Both the position numbers and the translations under genes were made by a program. DNA of 64,000 nucleotides from assembly GCF_009914755.1 (NCBI RefSeq), contig NC_060925.1. The stretch is one strand, 5' to 3'. This DNA is from the human T2T-CHM13v2.0 reference genome, Homo sapiens. This document shows positions 27,835-43,046 of the stretch, piece after piece (the first letter of the stretch is position 1; each line of letters begins with the position of its first letter). The notes below the pieces were generated by a model. The model ran no database searches, had not been told where the DNA came from, and saw nothing but the letters and a program-made list of their open reading frames with translations.

Positions 27835-29048
27835 GGAGGGTTTGTGTAGAGGCCCCTCCCTCTCCTCTCAGCTCTCACTCATAAGTCCTTCAATCATAGA
27901 GTATCAATTTTAATCATCTCTGCTGCTTTAGTAATTTTACAAAAATAGCAGGTAGCTCATTGATTGGTTAGATTGGCCACTCTGTCTTTGATGGCTTTTT
28001 GTCAAAAGCTCCTTGGAGAACATGCTGATACTGTAGGGCTGATCCATTTATTCATTCACTCCCAGGACTATAATCATCACTGCCTGTTTAAAGTACAGCT
28101 GTATGACTTCTAAATCATGCCCTGTTGTTTCCCTGCATGTTACATACCACTTAAATTTCCCTGAATAATGTTAGCACTTTGAAAAGGGCCCAGGCATCTA
28201 GCCTCATGTCGTTGTTTCATAGCTGAGGAAACTCAGGCCTAGAAAGTTTCAAGTGACTTGCTCAAGGTTGCATAATATCTGTGGCTCCCAATTTCTAACG
28301 TCTAAACCTTGCTTCTATACTACATACTTTGTCAAACAATTTTTAAAAAATTCTTGTGATTGTTCTAAGTGCTGATTCTTTTGCTCTGAATTATCATAAT
28401 AACTTTTTCCTTAAGTTCTACTTAAAGCATATTATTTTACTTAAATTTTTGTATGTGTAAACTTAATTGAGTTGTCATGGGTAAGAACAGTACATCTCTT
28501 TTGATTCTATTGTTGAACCTACAATCAAACCATCTATAGCTATCCCTGTGGATTATTTTCCTTTGTCCTCAGAATTACTAACCTGAAACTCTGATTTGTT
28601 CAACCCTCCACCCAACCTACAGAATCACTTATACTGTAGAAGGTAGAATCTAATGCATTGTTCTTCCTTTCAAGAAGGTTTTGTTGAGTTTTTCTTTTAT
28701 TTGTTTGTATTTAAAAATATCAGTTTTTTTTAATATGAAGTTAGAACATAATATTAAATATTCTTTTCCATATACACATGCGCCCTCTTTATCCCCTTTC
28801 CACATCCCAGTTTTGGTAAAATACCTATCCCCTTTTTCTTTATTGAGAAACTATCTCACAGATTGTCTGTATCCTATGTCCTATTTTCCTCCCAGAAACA
28901 CACCAGATAAGCTCTGCTGTAGGTTCCAAGACTCCTGGATTCTGAGAAATTCAATCTAGGTGCATAGCCCACTGCTGATCCTTCAAGTTGTGAATTACCC
29001 ATTTCCTGTGCATCCTCTAGCTCAGGGGTTCTCAGTTTAGCATGCTTA

Positions 29049-29372
<324 letters not shown>

Positions 29373-30379
29373 AAAATCACCTGTGGAACTTAAGTAAAAT
29401 GTGGATTCATAGGCCTTAGCTCTACAGCTTTTTAAACAAGCACCTTATGGGATTCTGCTGTTGGTATTTCTTAGGTCTGCAGCTAGTACAGCAGGGATTG
29501 AATGACTTCCCTGTTAGACCCTGAGCTAGCCATACCGTATATGCAATTTCATTTAAGCATCTGCTAACTCTACTAGGTAAGTGTTATCATCCTTATTTTA
29601 TATAAAAGGAAACTGAGGCTCAAAAAAGTTAAGTGAATAGACTTGTTACAGCCATGTTTGCTTCCACTCAACCCTAGTATGAGTTTGTTGTTGTGGAAAG
29701 AATTTATCTGGAATGTCTTGGTGCAAATTAGCTGTTTTGGTCAATTTTATTTCTTCAACAAATATGAATGATTTATGTGGCAGGCACTTGTGTAGGCACT
29801 GGGGATATGGGATGAATAGGACAGACACAGTCCTGCTCTCAAGAAGGTTATCTCTATCACGTGAGCCAGACATAAAGCAAACAATTATCTAAGTACATTT
29901 TGATTATATTAATAGTTCTGATTAGTGTTATTTATTTATTCTGTGTTCCTAAGTCCCAATGGTTTGAAACTGACTGATGATAAATAATAGAACTGTAAAA
30001 TTTATAACAATAAATTTGTTACAGAAAAGGTCTTATTTTTTAACAGTGTAAGTACTCTGGTTTATTCCAGAGGCTACTAAAAATTAGAACATATGAGGCT
30101 ATGGGGCACAAGTAAAGAAAACTAGCCTGCATGTCTTGAGTCCAAGGTTTCTAGTGATGGTGCTGCCACCAAGAAGCTGTGGAAGTTTGGGCAAGTCTCT
30201 TACTTTTCCTGAGCCTTGGCTTTCTTGTATATAAAATTAGGGGGCTGTGGTAGGTCTCAGGTTGCTTCATGCTCTGGGGTAAGTCTGAGTTAATTGCGGG
30301 CTGAGATGTTGGTAAGAGGTAGTATTAGGAACTGTTGTGAGGACCAGACCTAGCCCTCAATTAAGTGTGTTTCCTGCAG

Positions 30380-30815
30380 GAACACCATGCTGAGCCTTTG
30401 CCTTGAGAATGCGGAGCTGAAAGAGCAGATGGGAGAAGCAATGTCTGATGGATGGGAGATCGAGGAAGACAAGGAGAAGGGCGAGGTGATGGTTGAGACT
30501 GTGGTAACCAAAGAGGGTCTGAGTGAGAGTAGCCTTCAGGCTGAGTTCAGAAAGCTCCAGGGAAAACTGAAGAATGCCCACAATATCATCAACCTCCTCA
30601 AAGAACAACTTGTGCTGAGTAGCAAGGAAGGGAATAGTAAACTTACTCCAGAGCTCCTTGTGCATCTGACCAGCACCATTGAAAGAATAAACACAGAACT
30701 GGTTGGTTCCCCTGGGAAGCACCAACACCAAGAGGAGGGGAATGTGACTGTGAGGCCTTTCCCCAGACCCCAGAGCCTTGACCTTGGGGCTACCTTCACA
30801 GTGGATGCCCACCAA
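30380..30815 (+). CDS. PDE4DIP: PDE4DIP exon (NTMLSLCLENAEL...VDAHQ)
   Basis: CTGCAG acceptor, CAA|GTAAGT donor, 436 nt phase 2-0. Confidence 0.94.
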
Positions 30816-31638
30816 GTAAGTGTGGGCTTAGATTGAGTGAAAAACAATTGGAGAAGGGCTTGAGATGACAGTGTTTACCTTAAAACATTCTCCCATATGA
30901 ATCAGGAGGTACCAAGAGAAGGGTCTCTTTGTACCACAAACAATAATAGTAATATTCTGCCTACATTCAGCCTTTAGAAAGGCTTTTATAACATAAATAT
31001 TTCTTGAGTACTTAATTTTTCAGATAACACACTAGGCATTGGCATGGGGCAATAAAACCAATGGCTGCCCCTGAGATACTTAATATTGTCGGGAAAGATG
31101 GCACACAAACAGGTAATTTTAACAGGATGTGGTAACTGCTGTAACATAGGGATGCATCAGGTTATGAGGCAGCCCAGACAAGTGGTATGTAATGACATCC
31201 CTTATCACTGCCATTTTTTTGTCACAGCTCATCACAGGTGTCTGTTCCTGGGCTTCAGATGGGTTACTGGGATCCTCTTTAGGGAAGGAGCCATGCTGAA
31301 GATTCAGTGAAATGGAGAATACAGGGATTCTGAGAGAATCAATGGGACAGAATGTGAGGGGAGATGAGTGGTCTCTTTTTGACCACTGAGAAAACATTTC
31401 CTGAGAGCTCCTCTGTAGACTTGATTGGTGCTGTGCTGTGTGCTGTGGATACAGATATGAAGAAAACATTATCCCAGCGCTCCAGGAGCTCCATCTGGAA
31501 AGCAAGTCACTGCCAAATGGCATGAGAAGTGCTGTGACAGACTTGAGTAAAGTCCACAGGGTTCAGAAGGGGCGGTGGTCGTCACTGCATGGGGGTGACC
31601 TCAGACTGTCCTGATCCCTGTATTGGCCCCTTTCACAG

Positions 31639-31831
31639 TTGGATAACCAGTCCCAGCCTCGTGACCCTGGGCCTCAGTCAGCGTTTAGCCTACCAGGGTC
31701 CACCCAGCACCTGCGCTCCCAGCTGTCACAATGCAAACAACGCTATCAAGATCTCCAGGAGAAGCTGCTGCTATCAGAAGCCACTGTCTTTGCTCAGGCT
31801 AACGAGCTGGAGAAATACAGAGTTATGCTTA
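31639..31831 (+). CDS. PDE4DIP: PDE4DIP exon (LDNQSQPRDPG...YRVML)
   Basis: CACAG acceptor, A|GTAAGT donor, 193 nt phase 0-1. Confidence 0.93.
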
Positions 31832-31889
31832 GTAAGTAACTATGACTTACTAGTAAAGAAAACTAGCCTATATGTCTTATAAGTTCTGT

Positions 31890-32036
31890 ATGTTCTATAC
31901 CGACATAACGTGGTTATTGAGCACACGAAGTGTGGCTAGTGCAACTTGGACATTTGGTTTTATTTAATTTTAGTTGATGTAGTATAAAGTGGCCATATGT
32001 GGCTGCTAACTACCTTATTGGACAGTACAGGTCTAG
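31890..32036. mobile_element. MER3/MER33-like MITE fragment
   Basis: GTGG.TATTGAGCAC..GTGGCTAGTGC..TATTGGACAG..GGTCTAG. Confidence 0.6.
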
Positions 32037-32399
32037 GGTCTTGGGACTCTAAATTAGTTCAGCTCCATTCAACATTTATTGAACCCCTGCGGATAAAGCA
32101 CTTGCCAGCTTCAATGGGGCTGCTAGAGATGATAGTGTACAATCCCTGACTTACAGATATCTGGTCCCAACTAAAGCCTGGGTTATCTGAAGGGGAGATA
32201 ATGGCAAATGCAGGCTCCTCCTTTGGAAAGAAATTCTGCTTCCTGGAGCTGGTGATCTCTTCTCCCACCAGTTCAGAGAAGCTTCTCTCCCACTGTGGAT
32301 CTGCCTTCCGTGCCTCAAAAGGTTAGGGTATGTGCCATTGAGGCTGAGGGCATATGTGGGAAATTCAGACATTCTGTAACACCTGCTTCTCTTCCCAAG

Positions 32400-32519
32400 C
32401 AGGTGAATCCTTGGTGAAGCAGGACAGCAAGCAGATCCAGGTGGACCTCCAGGACCTGGGCTATGAGACTTGTGGCCGAAGCGAGAATGAGGCTGAACGG
32501 GAGGAAACCACCAGTCCTG
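32400..32519 (+). CDS. PDE4DIP: PDE4DIP exon ((T)GESLVKQDSK...DLGYETCGRSENE...TTSP); alternative start 32403
   Basis: AAGCAG tandem acceptor, TG|GTAAGA donor, 120 or 117 nt phase 1-1. Confidence 0.9.
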
Positions 32520-33697
32520 GTAAGAGCACAGGGTGTGGGGCTCACCCCTCCCTGGAGTCAGCTGTCACATTTGGATGCTGTTGGCCAATTCCACACCTGA
32601 CAAGTATTGGGGAAGAGGAGGACAGGAGGTTAATAGGAGAAATCTTACCCAAAATGAGGCTGAGTATAAGTTTGAATTTCTACAATTAGTTTTTGGCATA
32701 CTGCTAATAACAATAATAATATAAAATTCTATCCAACTGATTATTATAGAAATACTAAGGCCTACTTAGAGACCAGATAAGGTTTTAGAAACATGCAAGC
32801 CATAAATTAAAAATAATTTTGTTTTGCATTATAAAAAGACTACAACTATAGGGCCACCCACCACATTGAAAACCAGAAGAGAAGAAAAACACAATCTCTC
32901 TCATTCTTGAGGCAGTGTAGTGTGGCAGTTAAGAGACAAGATCCTGGGGCCAGACTGGTTGGTTCAAATCCCAGTTTGAAAACTTTCCTATGTCCCAGTT
33001 TCTTCATGTGTTAAAATAGTAATAAAGGAACTACCTACCCCATCAGGTACTAAGGTCAATTAAATGAGTAAATTCTTATAAAATGCTTTAGAACAGTGCC
33101 TGGCATCTGGTAAAATGCCATGGATTAGTTCTCATTCTGACTACCACTGCCCTAATACACTGATGTTAACATGCTGATATATTTTTTTGAAGCCTTATTT
33201 TCCTATGCCTATTTTTCATACAGTTGTAACCCAATAAACTTTTAAATTATAGTAAAATTTAAAGAGCATTAAACTTTCAGCATGCAGTAATAGCTTGTCC
33301 TACATTCTTGTGGCCATCCTAAATAGATAAGGCCATGTTAATGTCTTAAGAAACACCAGTGTGTGTGGAATGAACACAGGACATTGGAGGATTTGAATTC
33401 TGGCTCTGCCATGTGCTAGTTTGAGTGATCTAGAACAAGCTAGTTTACCACCTCTCTTTAAGTTTTGGTTTCCCAGTCAGTAAAATAGAAAGTGATGAAA
33501 CCTAACTTGTAGGTATAAGGAAGATAAGAAATATTGTATTTGAATGCCTAGTACAGTGTCAGGGTTGAATAAAGTACTACTTCAACTTTTTCCCTAGTAA
33601 TTATTGTCCTCATGACCAAACCTGCCTCCTCTCAAAGGCAGTGGCCACAACAGCACATCCAACTTTTATTTAGGAAGACATCTTTGTCTTTTTTCAG

Positions 33698-34226
33698 AGT
33701 GTGAGGAGCACAACAGCCTCAAGGAAATGGTCCTGATGGAGGGGCTGTGCTCTGAGCAGGGACGCCGGGGCTCAACACTGGCTAGTTCCTCTGAGAGGAA
33801 GCCCTTGGAGAACCAGCTAGGGAAGCAGGAAGAGTTCCGGGTATATGGAAAGTCAGAAAACATCTTGGTCCTACGAAAGGACATCAAAGATCTGAAGGCC
33901 CAGCTGCAGAATGCCAACAAGGTCATTCAAAACCTCAAGAGCCGGGTCCGGTCCCTCTCAGTTACAAGTGATTATTCGTCTAGTCTGGAAAGACCCCGGA
34001 AGCTGAGAGCTGTTGGCACCTTGGAGGGGTCTTCACCTCATAGTGTCCCTGATGAGGATGAGGGGTGGCTGTCTGATGGCACTGGGGCTTTCTACTCTCC
34101 AGGGCTTCAGGCCAAAAAGGACCTGGAGAGTCTCATCCAGAGAGTATCCCAGCTGGAGGCCCAGCTCCCAAAAAATGGACTAGAAGAGAAGCTGGCTGAG
34201 GAGCTGAGATCAGCCTCGTGGCCTGG
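33698..34226 (+). CDS. PDE4DIP: PDE4DIP exon (CEEHNSLKEMVL...SASWP)
   Basis: TTTTCAG acceptor, GG|GTAAGG donor, 529 nt phase 1-2. Confidence 0.94.
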
Positions 34227-34564
34227 GTAAGGATGGCACTGTTTGGGTACTTTCTTGATTGAAAATGTGTAAGTTCATGCTTGGCGTAGGGTAGCTCAGG
34301 CAGTTGGAAGAAAGAACATGTCTGGGTATTCACAGGGACACTGATTTAAATGGTAGATACAGGTCTGCAGAAAAGACAGGTAGGCAACCAGGAGGGCATA
34401 GGATGATGTTCCAGTATCTGGGAGATACCGGGTCTCAGGGATTTCCTCTTAGGGATATATTAGTAAAGATGGTATAGTATAGTAGTAATACTGGAATCAG
34501 ACTACCTACCTCTGGTGCTTACTACCCATGCAACCTTCTTAACCTTTCTGAGCCTTTGTCCTTA

Positions 34565-34975
<411 letters not shown>

Positions 34976-35054
34976 TTAAGCTCTCAATGCTATTTGCCAT
35001 AGTTATAAGTGTTATTGATACTTAGTGTTGAAAACACAGACATTCATCTTGGTG

Positions 35055-35190
35055 TGTCCTGGTTATCTATTGCTAAGTAATAACCACTCTAAAACTTAGT
35101 GACTTCAAACAACACTTTATTATGCTTCATGGTTCTATGGTTTGACTGGGCTCAGCTGGGTGGTTCTCACTTAGGGTCTCTTGTTTTGGG
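35055..35190. mobile_element. MLT1-type LTR fragment
   Basis: TTATCTATTGCT..TAA.AACCACTC.AAAACTTAGTGACTT..GGGCTCAGCTGGGTGGTTCT. Confidence 0.6.
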
Positions 35191-35500
35191 TCCCATCAGT
35201 TGATGGTATGAGCGTTTAAATGATGGCCATCATTGCAAAATGTAGTCAGCCACAGTATCGTAACATAGAAGAAATTCAGGCATCAGGTGGTGGTTAAAAC
35301 AGAAGGCATGAAAGGTTCTATCTAGACTTAGGATGAAATGATGCTAATTATTCATTGAGTAACTGCTGTGAATCTATGTGATACTGGTGCTGTAAGGGAT
35401 GTAAAATGCAGAACTATGTTTATTCTCACAGACCTTATGATTTATCTAGGGACATATAATTAACACATGTATAACAGTTGAAGAACAGTGACATACTAAA

Positions 35501-35790
<290 letters not shown>

Positions 35791-35989
35791 CGTACTAAGT
35801 TTTTTAATGCAATACTTTATCAGGGTAGAATTTACTCTTAAATACCTCCTATGGCTTATGTGCCAGAATTCAGCTTGGGGGAGTTCCTTAGAGATGTTCT
35901 CATAGAAATCTCTACAGAAGCCCCCATAACTCCATAAGTTAGCTTCCACTCTTTCCATACTTACTCTTTCCTCTTCTGTCCTGCATTAG

Positions 35990-36225
35990 GAAATATGATT
36001 CCCTGATTCAGGATCAGGCCCGGGAACTGTCTTACCTACGGCAAAAAATACGAGAAGGGAGAGGTATTTGTTATCTTATCACCCGGCATGCAAAAGATAC
36101 AGTAAAATCTTTTGAGGATCTCCTAAGGAGCAATGACATTGACTACTACCTGGGACAGAGCTTCCGGGAGCAACTCGCCCAGGGAAGCCAGCTGACAGAG
36201 AGGCTCACCAGCAAACTCAGCACCA
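35990..36225 (+). CDS. PDE4DIP: PDE4DIP exon (KYDSLIQDQARELSYLRQKIREGR...SKLST), NBPF-like coiled coil
   Basis: TTAG acceptor, A|GTAAGT donor, 236 nt phase 2-1; absent from the ORF track but open in frame. Confidence 0.93.
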
Positions 36226-37232
36226 GTAAGTTGGCCACAGGGCTTTGGAATACTCTCAGTCACCCCCACAGTTCCAGCCCCTGGTGGCCACCACATCTCC
36301 ACTGCAACTTTTTATCCTAAGGTCCTGTTTCTATTTCATTTCCTGGGGCTAATACAGGATCAAGACTGCTCAGTGGGGAGCATGGAGAGGAAAACACAGG
36401 GCTGGAGATGCCATGGTTACAACTATAGAAACTTCACCACTAATGGAATGTGACCTGTGGGGCAGGGGCAGCATCTCTCTGATGCTAAGAGGGAGTAGGG
36501 GACATGAGATGGAAGGGCTTTGTTATAGGAGGAAGAGCCCTGAACCAAGAACTACAAGACTCAAGCTCTGGCCTGGATGCTGCCACCAACTCGCTAAATG
36601 CCTTATCCTTGTGGTGTCTCCATTTATGGCATGGTAATGTGCATGCAGGTACTCCACATATGGATAAAGCGCCATGCTCTTTTATACATGGTTTAGGCAC
36701 TGGCTGCAGTAGTTCAAGGGCTACATTGGTTATTATTGGGGTCTTCTACTCAGAATTTCCAGCGACTATCCAAGGGAGTAAAGTAGGATCAGACTTGGGA
36801 GCCACCCAGCCCACCACCTGGTGGCAGATGCAGAGGTGGGGCAGGGCTTCTTGTCATCTCCTCAGAGACCAGTGCAGGTTCTGCATGAAAGCTGTGGTGG
36901 GGCATATGCATTGGGGAGCTAGTCTGCAGCAGGACATGGAGGCTGGAGTGTCCCGCAGGGCAGCTGGGCAAGGGCCTCATGATTAATGGAACAAAAGACA
37001 TTATAAATGTTTTACCCTGATTTAGGGCAGAGGAAGTCATCATGGTGACCGGCAGGTCAGGGACAGTGGGGTCACTTCTCTAGAGACACAAGCTGAGGTA
37101 TCCCAGAATAACTGTTCTGGATGCACACATGAAATGCTCACTACTCTGTCTCCAGATAGGCTCCTGCATTTGTAATGCGGGAAGTGGGACCAGCCTAATT
37201 TCTTATCGTCTCTTTCTAAATTTGGTTTACAG

Positions 37233-37284
37233 AGGATCATAAAAGTGAGAAAGATCAAGCTGGACTTGAGCCACTGGCCCTCAG
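37233..37284 (+). CDS. PDE4DIP: PDE4DIP exon, small exon of Olduvai/DUF1220 doublet (DHKSEKDQAGLEPLAL)
   Basis: TACAG acceptor, CAG|GTAATT donor, 52 nt phase 1-2. Confidence 0.9.
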
Positions 37285-38356
37285 GTAATTCAGAGGAGAA
37301 TCTGGGAAAGAGATTGGGACCGAGGCCCAAAGGGTCAAGGGTGGCGGCAACTCCACAAATCAAGGGGAATAAAGCAAAGTGCTGAATGTATTGAATTCAG
37401 GCATTCATTGAACACCTCACTGTTGTTTTTAACTAAATTCTTTCTTCCCTTTTGGTTGAATCATATTGGCACATTAATTCTCCAGGCTTAGTAACCTAGA
37501 AACAGTCTGAGCTAAAAGTGAACTAACTAGGTTTCAAGAGTCTTCTGCCCCACTAAGGGTCCTGCTTTCCTGCTGTGTGTTTAATAAGCAGGATGAGCTT
37601 TTTCCAAAGTTGGGTTGACAGCTAATTTAATAGTCACTCAATTGCCCTGGGGGAAAAAAGGAATCATATAACAGGACCTGGTGAAAGAGGCCTAGATGGT
37701 GTAGATCACCAGGAGGCTGCAGTGCCTCAGGACCCAGTTCTCAGTGAGTTGCTTCATATAATGATCAATGAAATACGGGCTCAGAGTCCGTTGTAGCCAC
37801 TAGTTGGGGTTCTTTGTGTCATGCTTGTGTCTCAGACTACATAAATGCTTCTGAAAGTATCTGTAGTGAAGGACACAGTGGTTTTTTTTGTTTTGTTTTG
37901 TTTTTATTTCTAATCTATCATAGAAACATATATGGTCTGAATTCAGTTAATTACATGATTCCACTTATCATGCTCTTGGATGTTGGGACAGTGGTTTGTT
38001 CTGTGTTTCTCAATGCTTGCTTTCAATTTTTATACTTGTCTTGTTGGAGATGGTAACAAACAGTTCGCAGGCTGCAACTGTTCCAGGGATCATACATTAA
38101 GCAGCAGTGCCTTAAAAGGAGGGCTAGCTATGTCTTTGCTTGTCCTCAGCATATTATGTGGCCAGAGCACTAGGTAGCTATTCTCTCTCCATCTACACCC
38201 CACCTACACTCCATCCCTAAGCAGAGGTGGGTTATTTCCATAATTATCTGCAGGCATGGTCCCCTTGGCTTACTTGGCTTTTCCTATGAGCCATAGTCAG
38301 GACAGGTTGGCTTCGGTGACCTTGGTTTTACCCGTTGTCCCCCTTCTCCCCACCAG

Positions 38357-38580
38357 GCTCAGCAGGGAGCTGCAGGAGAAGGAGAAAGTGATTGAAGTCC
38401 TGCAGGCCAAGCTGGATGCTCGGTCCCTCACACCCTCCAGCAGCCATGCCTTGTCTGACTCCCACCGCTCTCCCAGCAGCACCTCTTTCCTGTCTGATGA
38501 ACTGGAAGCCTGCTCTGACATGGACATAGTCAGCGAGTACACACACTATGAAGAGAAGAAAGCTTCTCCCAGTCACTCAG
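38357..38580 (+). CDS. PDE4DIP: PDE4DIP exon, large exon of Olduvai/DUF1220 doublet (LSRELQEKEKVIEVLQAKLD...SPSHS)
   Basis: CCAG acceptor, CAG|GTAGCC donor, 224 nt phase 2-1; RLSREL..EVLQ..LD motif typical of Olduvai. Confidence 0.93.
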
Positions 38581-39231
38581 GTAGCCTCCACTTTCTGGGT
38601 GGTACCATCTTTGTCTAGGCTGAGTGGAGAACTCAGGAAACAGGGCTTATAGCTCCACCATGGTGTGTATCAGGCTGAACATGGCTGTGGGGCCAAGTGC
38701 CATGCACAGGCACCAGTGGATCAGGATCTTTGCTCTGCTCCTGACTCTACAAGTTACCTCTGTCACCGTGGCCTCCATGGGCACGTACAAGCTGTTGGGC
38801 ACAAAGTGAGCCACTGTGGGGAGAGTGAGAAGATCACGGCAGACTCTTCTTCCTTGGTGACTCTGTCAGATAGATCTTCTTTAAGATGGAAAACCTCCTT
38901 CATCTCTCCTACAATGATCTTGCTACTTATTCCTGAGCAGTGTTCCCTAAGTATATTTGGGTGTCCACAGATGCTGCTAGTCTTGCCTGATATTTTTGGA
39001 GTTGCCATTTTCATGTTTCAGAGCTCAGAGCACCGCTGTCATCCCTAAGGTGGTTTGCCTCACTATAGGAGCTGTCTGCAAGCAAGAAAATGAACACTGC
39101 TAACAGTGCTTGTGCTTGGTTCTTTCCCTGAAAGCAAGACTCTAGCCCTGGTACCCCTGGGTAAACATAAGGCCAGGATTCCAGTTCTCTGTAGAACATC
39201 ATACGTTTTCTTTCATTCATGGATTTTATAG

Positions 39232-39384
39232 ATTCCATCCATCATTCGAGTCATTCTGCTGTGTTGTCTTCTAAACCATCATCAACCAGTGCATCTCAGG
39301 GGGCTAAGGCCGAATCCAACAGCAACCCCATCAGCTTGCCAACTCCCCAGAATACCCCCAAGGAGGCCAACCAGGCCCATTCAG
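39232..39384 (+). CDS. PDE4DIP: PDE4DIP exon (SIHHSSHSAV...QAHS)
   Basis: ATAG acceptor, CAG|GTATGC donor, 153 nt phase 1-1. Confidence 0.9.
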
Positions 39385-41379
39385 GTATGCAACAGCCAAT
39401 GGGGCAGAAGCTTCATCTCCTCTTTCTCTGCTGCCTGTTTGATTTTTCTTCAACGACAGAGGTTTGGACTGTTAGGGGCCTAAATGCATCAAAACCTAGA
39501 CAGAATCGAGAAACCATCCTCATTTTCCAGTTGTGTCTGATTTAAGAAAATATTTTAGAAAATAAGTAATCCACATCAGGTTTTGATCTGCATACCAGTT
39601 CTGACCAGTAGTTGGCTAATCATTTAAAAAGAAACATTTTTATTGGTTTTCTCTCATTTTATCCTGGGAGCAAAGAGGCAAAATGTTTCTCCCAGGATTA
39701 CAACAGCCATAGGATGAAAAGAAATTCACATCTATTGATCCACTGTATGTGTTACCCATTAAATCTGCATGGAGATCCTCTGCAAGAGGTAGTGCTACTT
39801 GTAGCCAAGGATGGTGAGAACAGCCTCAGACAAGGTTCTGTTCATAGTACGTTACCATTAATGGATGTATGAATGGATTGGCAGTCCTTGATATGTACAT
39901 AGTGCATATCTTGGGGGCAGTTAAAGGGGTGCATTTCATTTACAAGTTCAGCTTAGTTGCCGGAGGGTACACTGCTCATTCACAGCCCTGTACCAGGGAT
40001 GGCAAGAAAAGGCAAACCTTGTCTTCGCCTCCTACCTCCCACCATAGCTGGCTGGCTGCCTTCAGTGTGGTTTGTTGTGAGGTTTGACTTGAGTAGAGGT
40101 GCTCCCAGAAAGCACAGTGCTTTCTTCTGCTGCCCTCATTTCCCTGAAAGCAATTCAACTAAAATCTTAAGGAAGAGGAAGTGTTCCAATGCTTCCTGAG
40201 CCTGGTTTCAAAGTTTCTAGGCCAGAGTAGGCAGCAGCTGGACCAGAATCATGAGGAAAAGCTGTGCTTCCAGACTTATAGACATCTGCTTAAATGTTGT
40301 GGGTTCAAACAGAGCAGTAGGTAAAGAACAGAGGATTTTAAAATCAGAATGCCTCCTCAAAGAATGCCTGGGCTGTGTTACCTGGCAATTTGAGTATATT
40401 TGCAGTATTGATCTGAAATGGTGCCAGCACCATTGGGATGTGTTTTAGGATATAATCATTGTCTTCTACATTAGACATTCTCTATGGGTCAGCCTTGGTT
40501 TCTGCTCCCTCTCCATTGGCTACCTGCCCTTTAATTGCTTTTAGGGAAGAGGAAACAATTTTAAACATTGAACCTTGCCAGGGTTTCTAAAAACCTGTCT
40601 GTAGATGGGCTGCCTAAAGATCACCAGGGAAGACTTTTTTTAAATGTAAATTTCATGTTCCAAGAATTTATAATTCTGTAAGTCTACATTAAGGCCTAGA
40701 CAGAATCAAGAAGGCCTAAAGAATCTACATATATTAGAAGTTTTTGCTATGTGATTTAAATGCCCAGAAGGATTTGCAAGCCATTTTGTCTAAGCCACTC
40801 TACCAAGGCATCTATTTTTAATTTGGTCAATGAACACGTTGATTTGGAATTCTGAAGTTTGTTTCCATCAGAGTCCTGAACTGCATGCACTAGTAATGAA
40901 AATTTCCCCACAGCCTTTGTTCACATCTCTCCTACTCAGGATGGGACCTGATGCTGTCAAAGAGGAGTTCTAGGTAGAGAAAGAGTCTTGTCCCAGGGCC
41001 AAGGACTGATACATGCTGGGAGCAGAGCCCCAGGGGCCCTTGAAAGCATTCAGGCTCTCTGACTTGTCCATGTCCAGGATTGCTGGGGTGGGGCTCAATA
41101 ATGCCACCTTACCTTCTTTAGCCAATTGCTTTCAAGATGAACACAGAGGATATATGCAGGATAGCCCTGGCAGGGGAGAAGAGGGAAGGTCAGCCAGGCC
41201 AGCCTCTGGTAGCAATGGTCACCCTTGGCTGTCTTATCCTGTACCACACTAGATGATAGCCACTCCGCAGGGTGATGTCTGGTCAGGGAATGCTTTTACC
41301 TTCTCAATCTTTTACCCATTCTTTTCTCTCATTTTCTCTTGATGATGTGTCTCTTTTCTCCTTAACTTTCTTTTCCTAG

Positions 41380-41565
41380 GCTTTCATTTTCACTCCATAC
41401 CCAAGCTGGCTAGCCTTCCTCAGGCACCATTGCCCTCAGCTCCATCCAGCTTCCTGCCTTTCAGCCCCACTGGCCCTCTCCTCCTTGGCTGCTGTGAGAC
41501 ACCAGTGGTCTCCTTGGCTGAGGCTCAGCAGGAGCTACAGATGCTGCAGAAGCAGTTGGGAGAAA
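41380..41565 (+). CDS. PDE4DIP: PDE4DIP exon (FHFHSIPKLASL...KQLGE)
   Basis: Long pyrimidine tract plus CTAG, A|GTGAGC donor, 186 nt phase 1-1. Confidence 0.92.
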
Positions 41566-42439
41566 GTGAGCACTTCTGCATTTGTGTGCTTGCGATTGGC
41601 AGCCCCACACTGTGTTGCTCTGCATGGCTCGGGCTGGATGGCAGAGTTTAAAAAAACAACACGGGTACACGTTACAAATGTAAGAGGGAGGGAAAGCTCT
41701 GTTTGCTTATTTTTTGGAAATGTATTTACTGTTATTTCTGTGGTGTGTATGTCTCATCAGTTAACAGGTAGATATGTTCACGAGGCTCTAGACCTGGTGC
41801 TCTCACACTGTAGACAGTGTTGGATACCACCAAGTATGCTGAATCCCTGACAGACTGGTGGACTGCTCATTGGTTGGGGGTGGGAGAGAGATGTTATGCT
41901 TTGCCTATGCAGGATGAAGTGGCCAAGAAAAAGATGGCCACATTCAGTGGGCTCCTTTGTGTGGCTATTATGTTTTTCTGCTGTGAAATGCTGTTAATCA
42001 AGTTCAGTTCCTGATATCATTAGGTTGGAGCAAAAAGGGTAATGATAGAGGGATTCAGAAGAGGAAATGATGAGCCCCTTTTCCTACTGCACAGGGTTGG
42101 TCCCTGCCCTGGGACAGGTGACACGTAGGCAGCTTAGAACCACAGCACCAGCTATGGCATCTGACTGTGAATCCCATCCTCTGACTCCCAAAGATAATTG
42201 ATCTCATGTAGTTACGTAGACTGTGGACAGTCACCTTTTAGAAAGTGCTTTGATGTATTTGTAGGCTGGATGCTCATCATAAATTTAGTGTGCTGGTGGT
42301 CACTGATAGCTTAGAAAAAAATGACAACCTTCACATGAATTTGCTCTTTCATAGCACCTTAGGCACAACAGTTAAAAAGCAGTTTGAATGAACTTAAACT
42401 CATTTGTCAGGCACTTTCTGTGCCTGTAAAGAAGCTTAG

Positions 42440-43046
<607 letters not shown>

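Noticed and set aside
30357-30847. Minus-strand ORFs over coding exons (also 33666, 38297, 48930, 53511, 58863)
   Set aside because: Antisense shadows of coiled-coil coding exons.
36504-36986. 160-aa intronic ORF; also 48749-49357 and 49087-49641
   Set aside because: No recognisable domain or supporting splice structure; consistent with chance ORFs.
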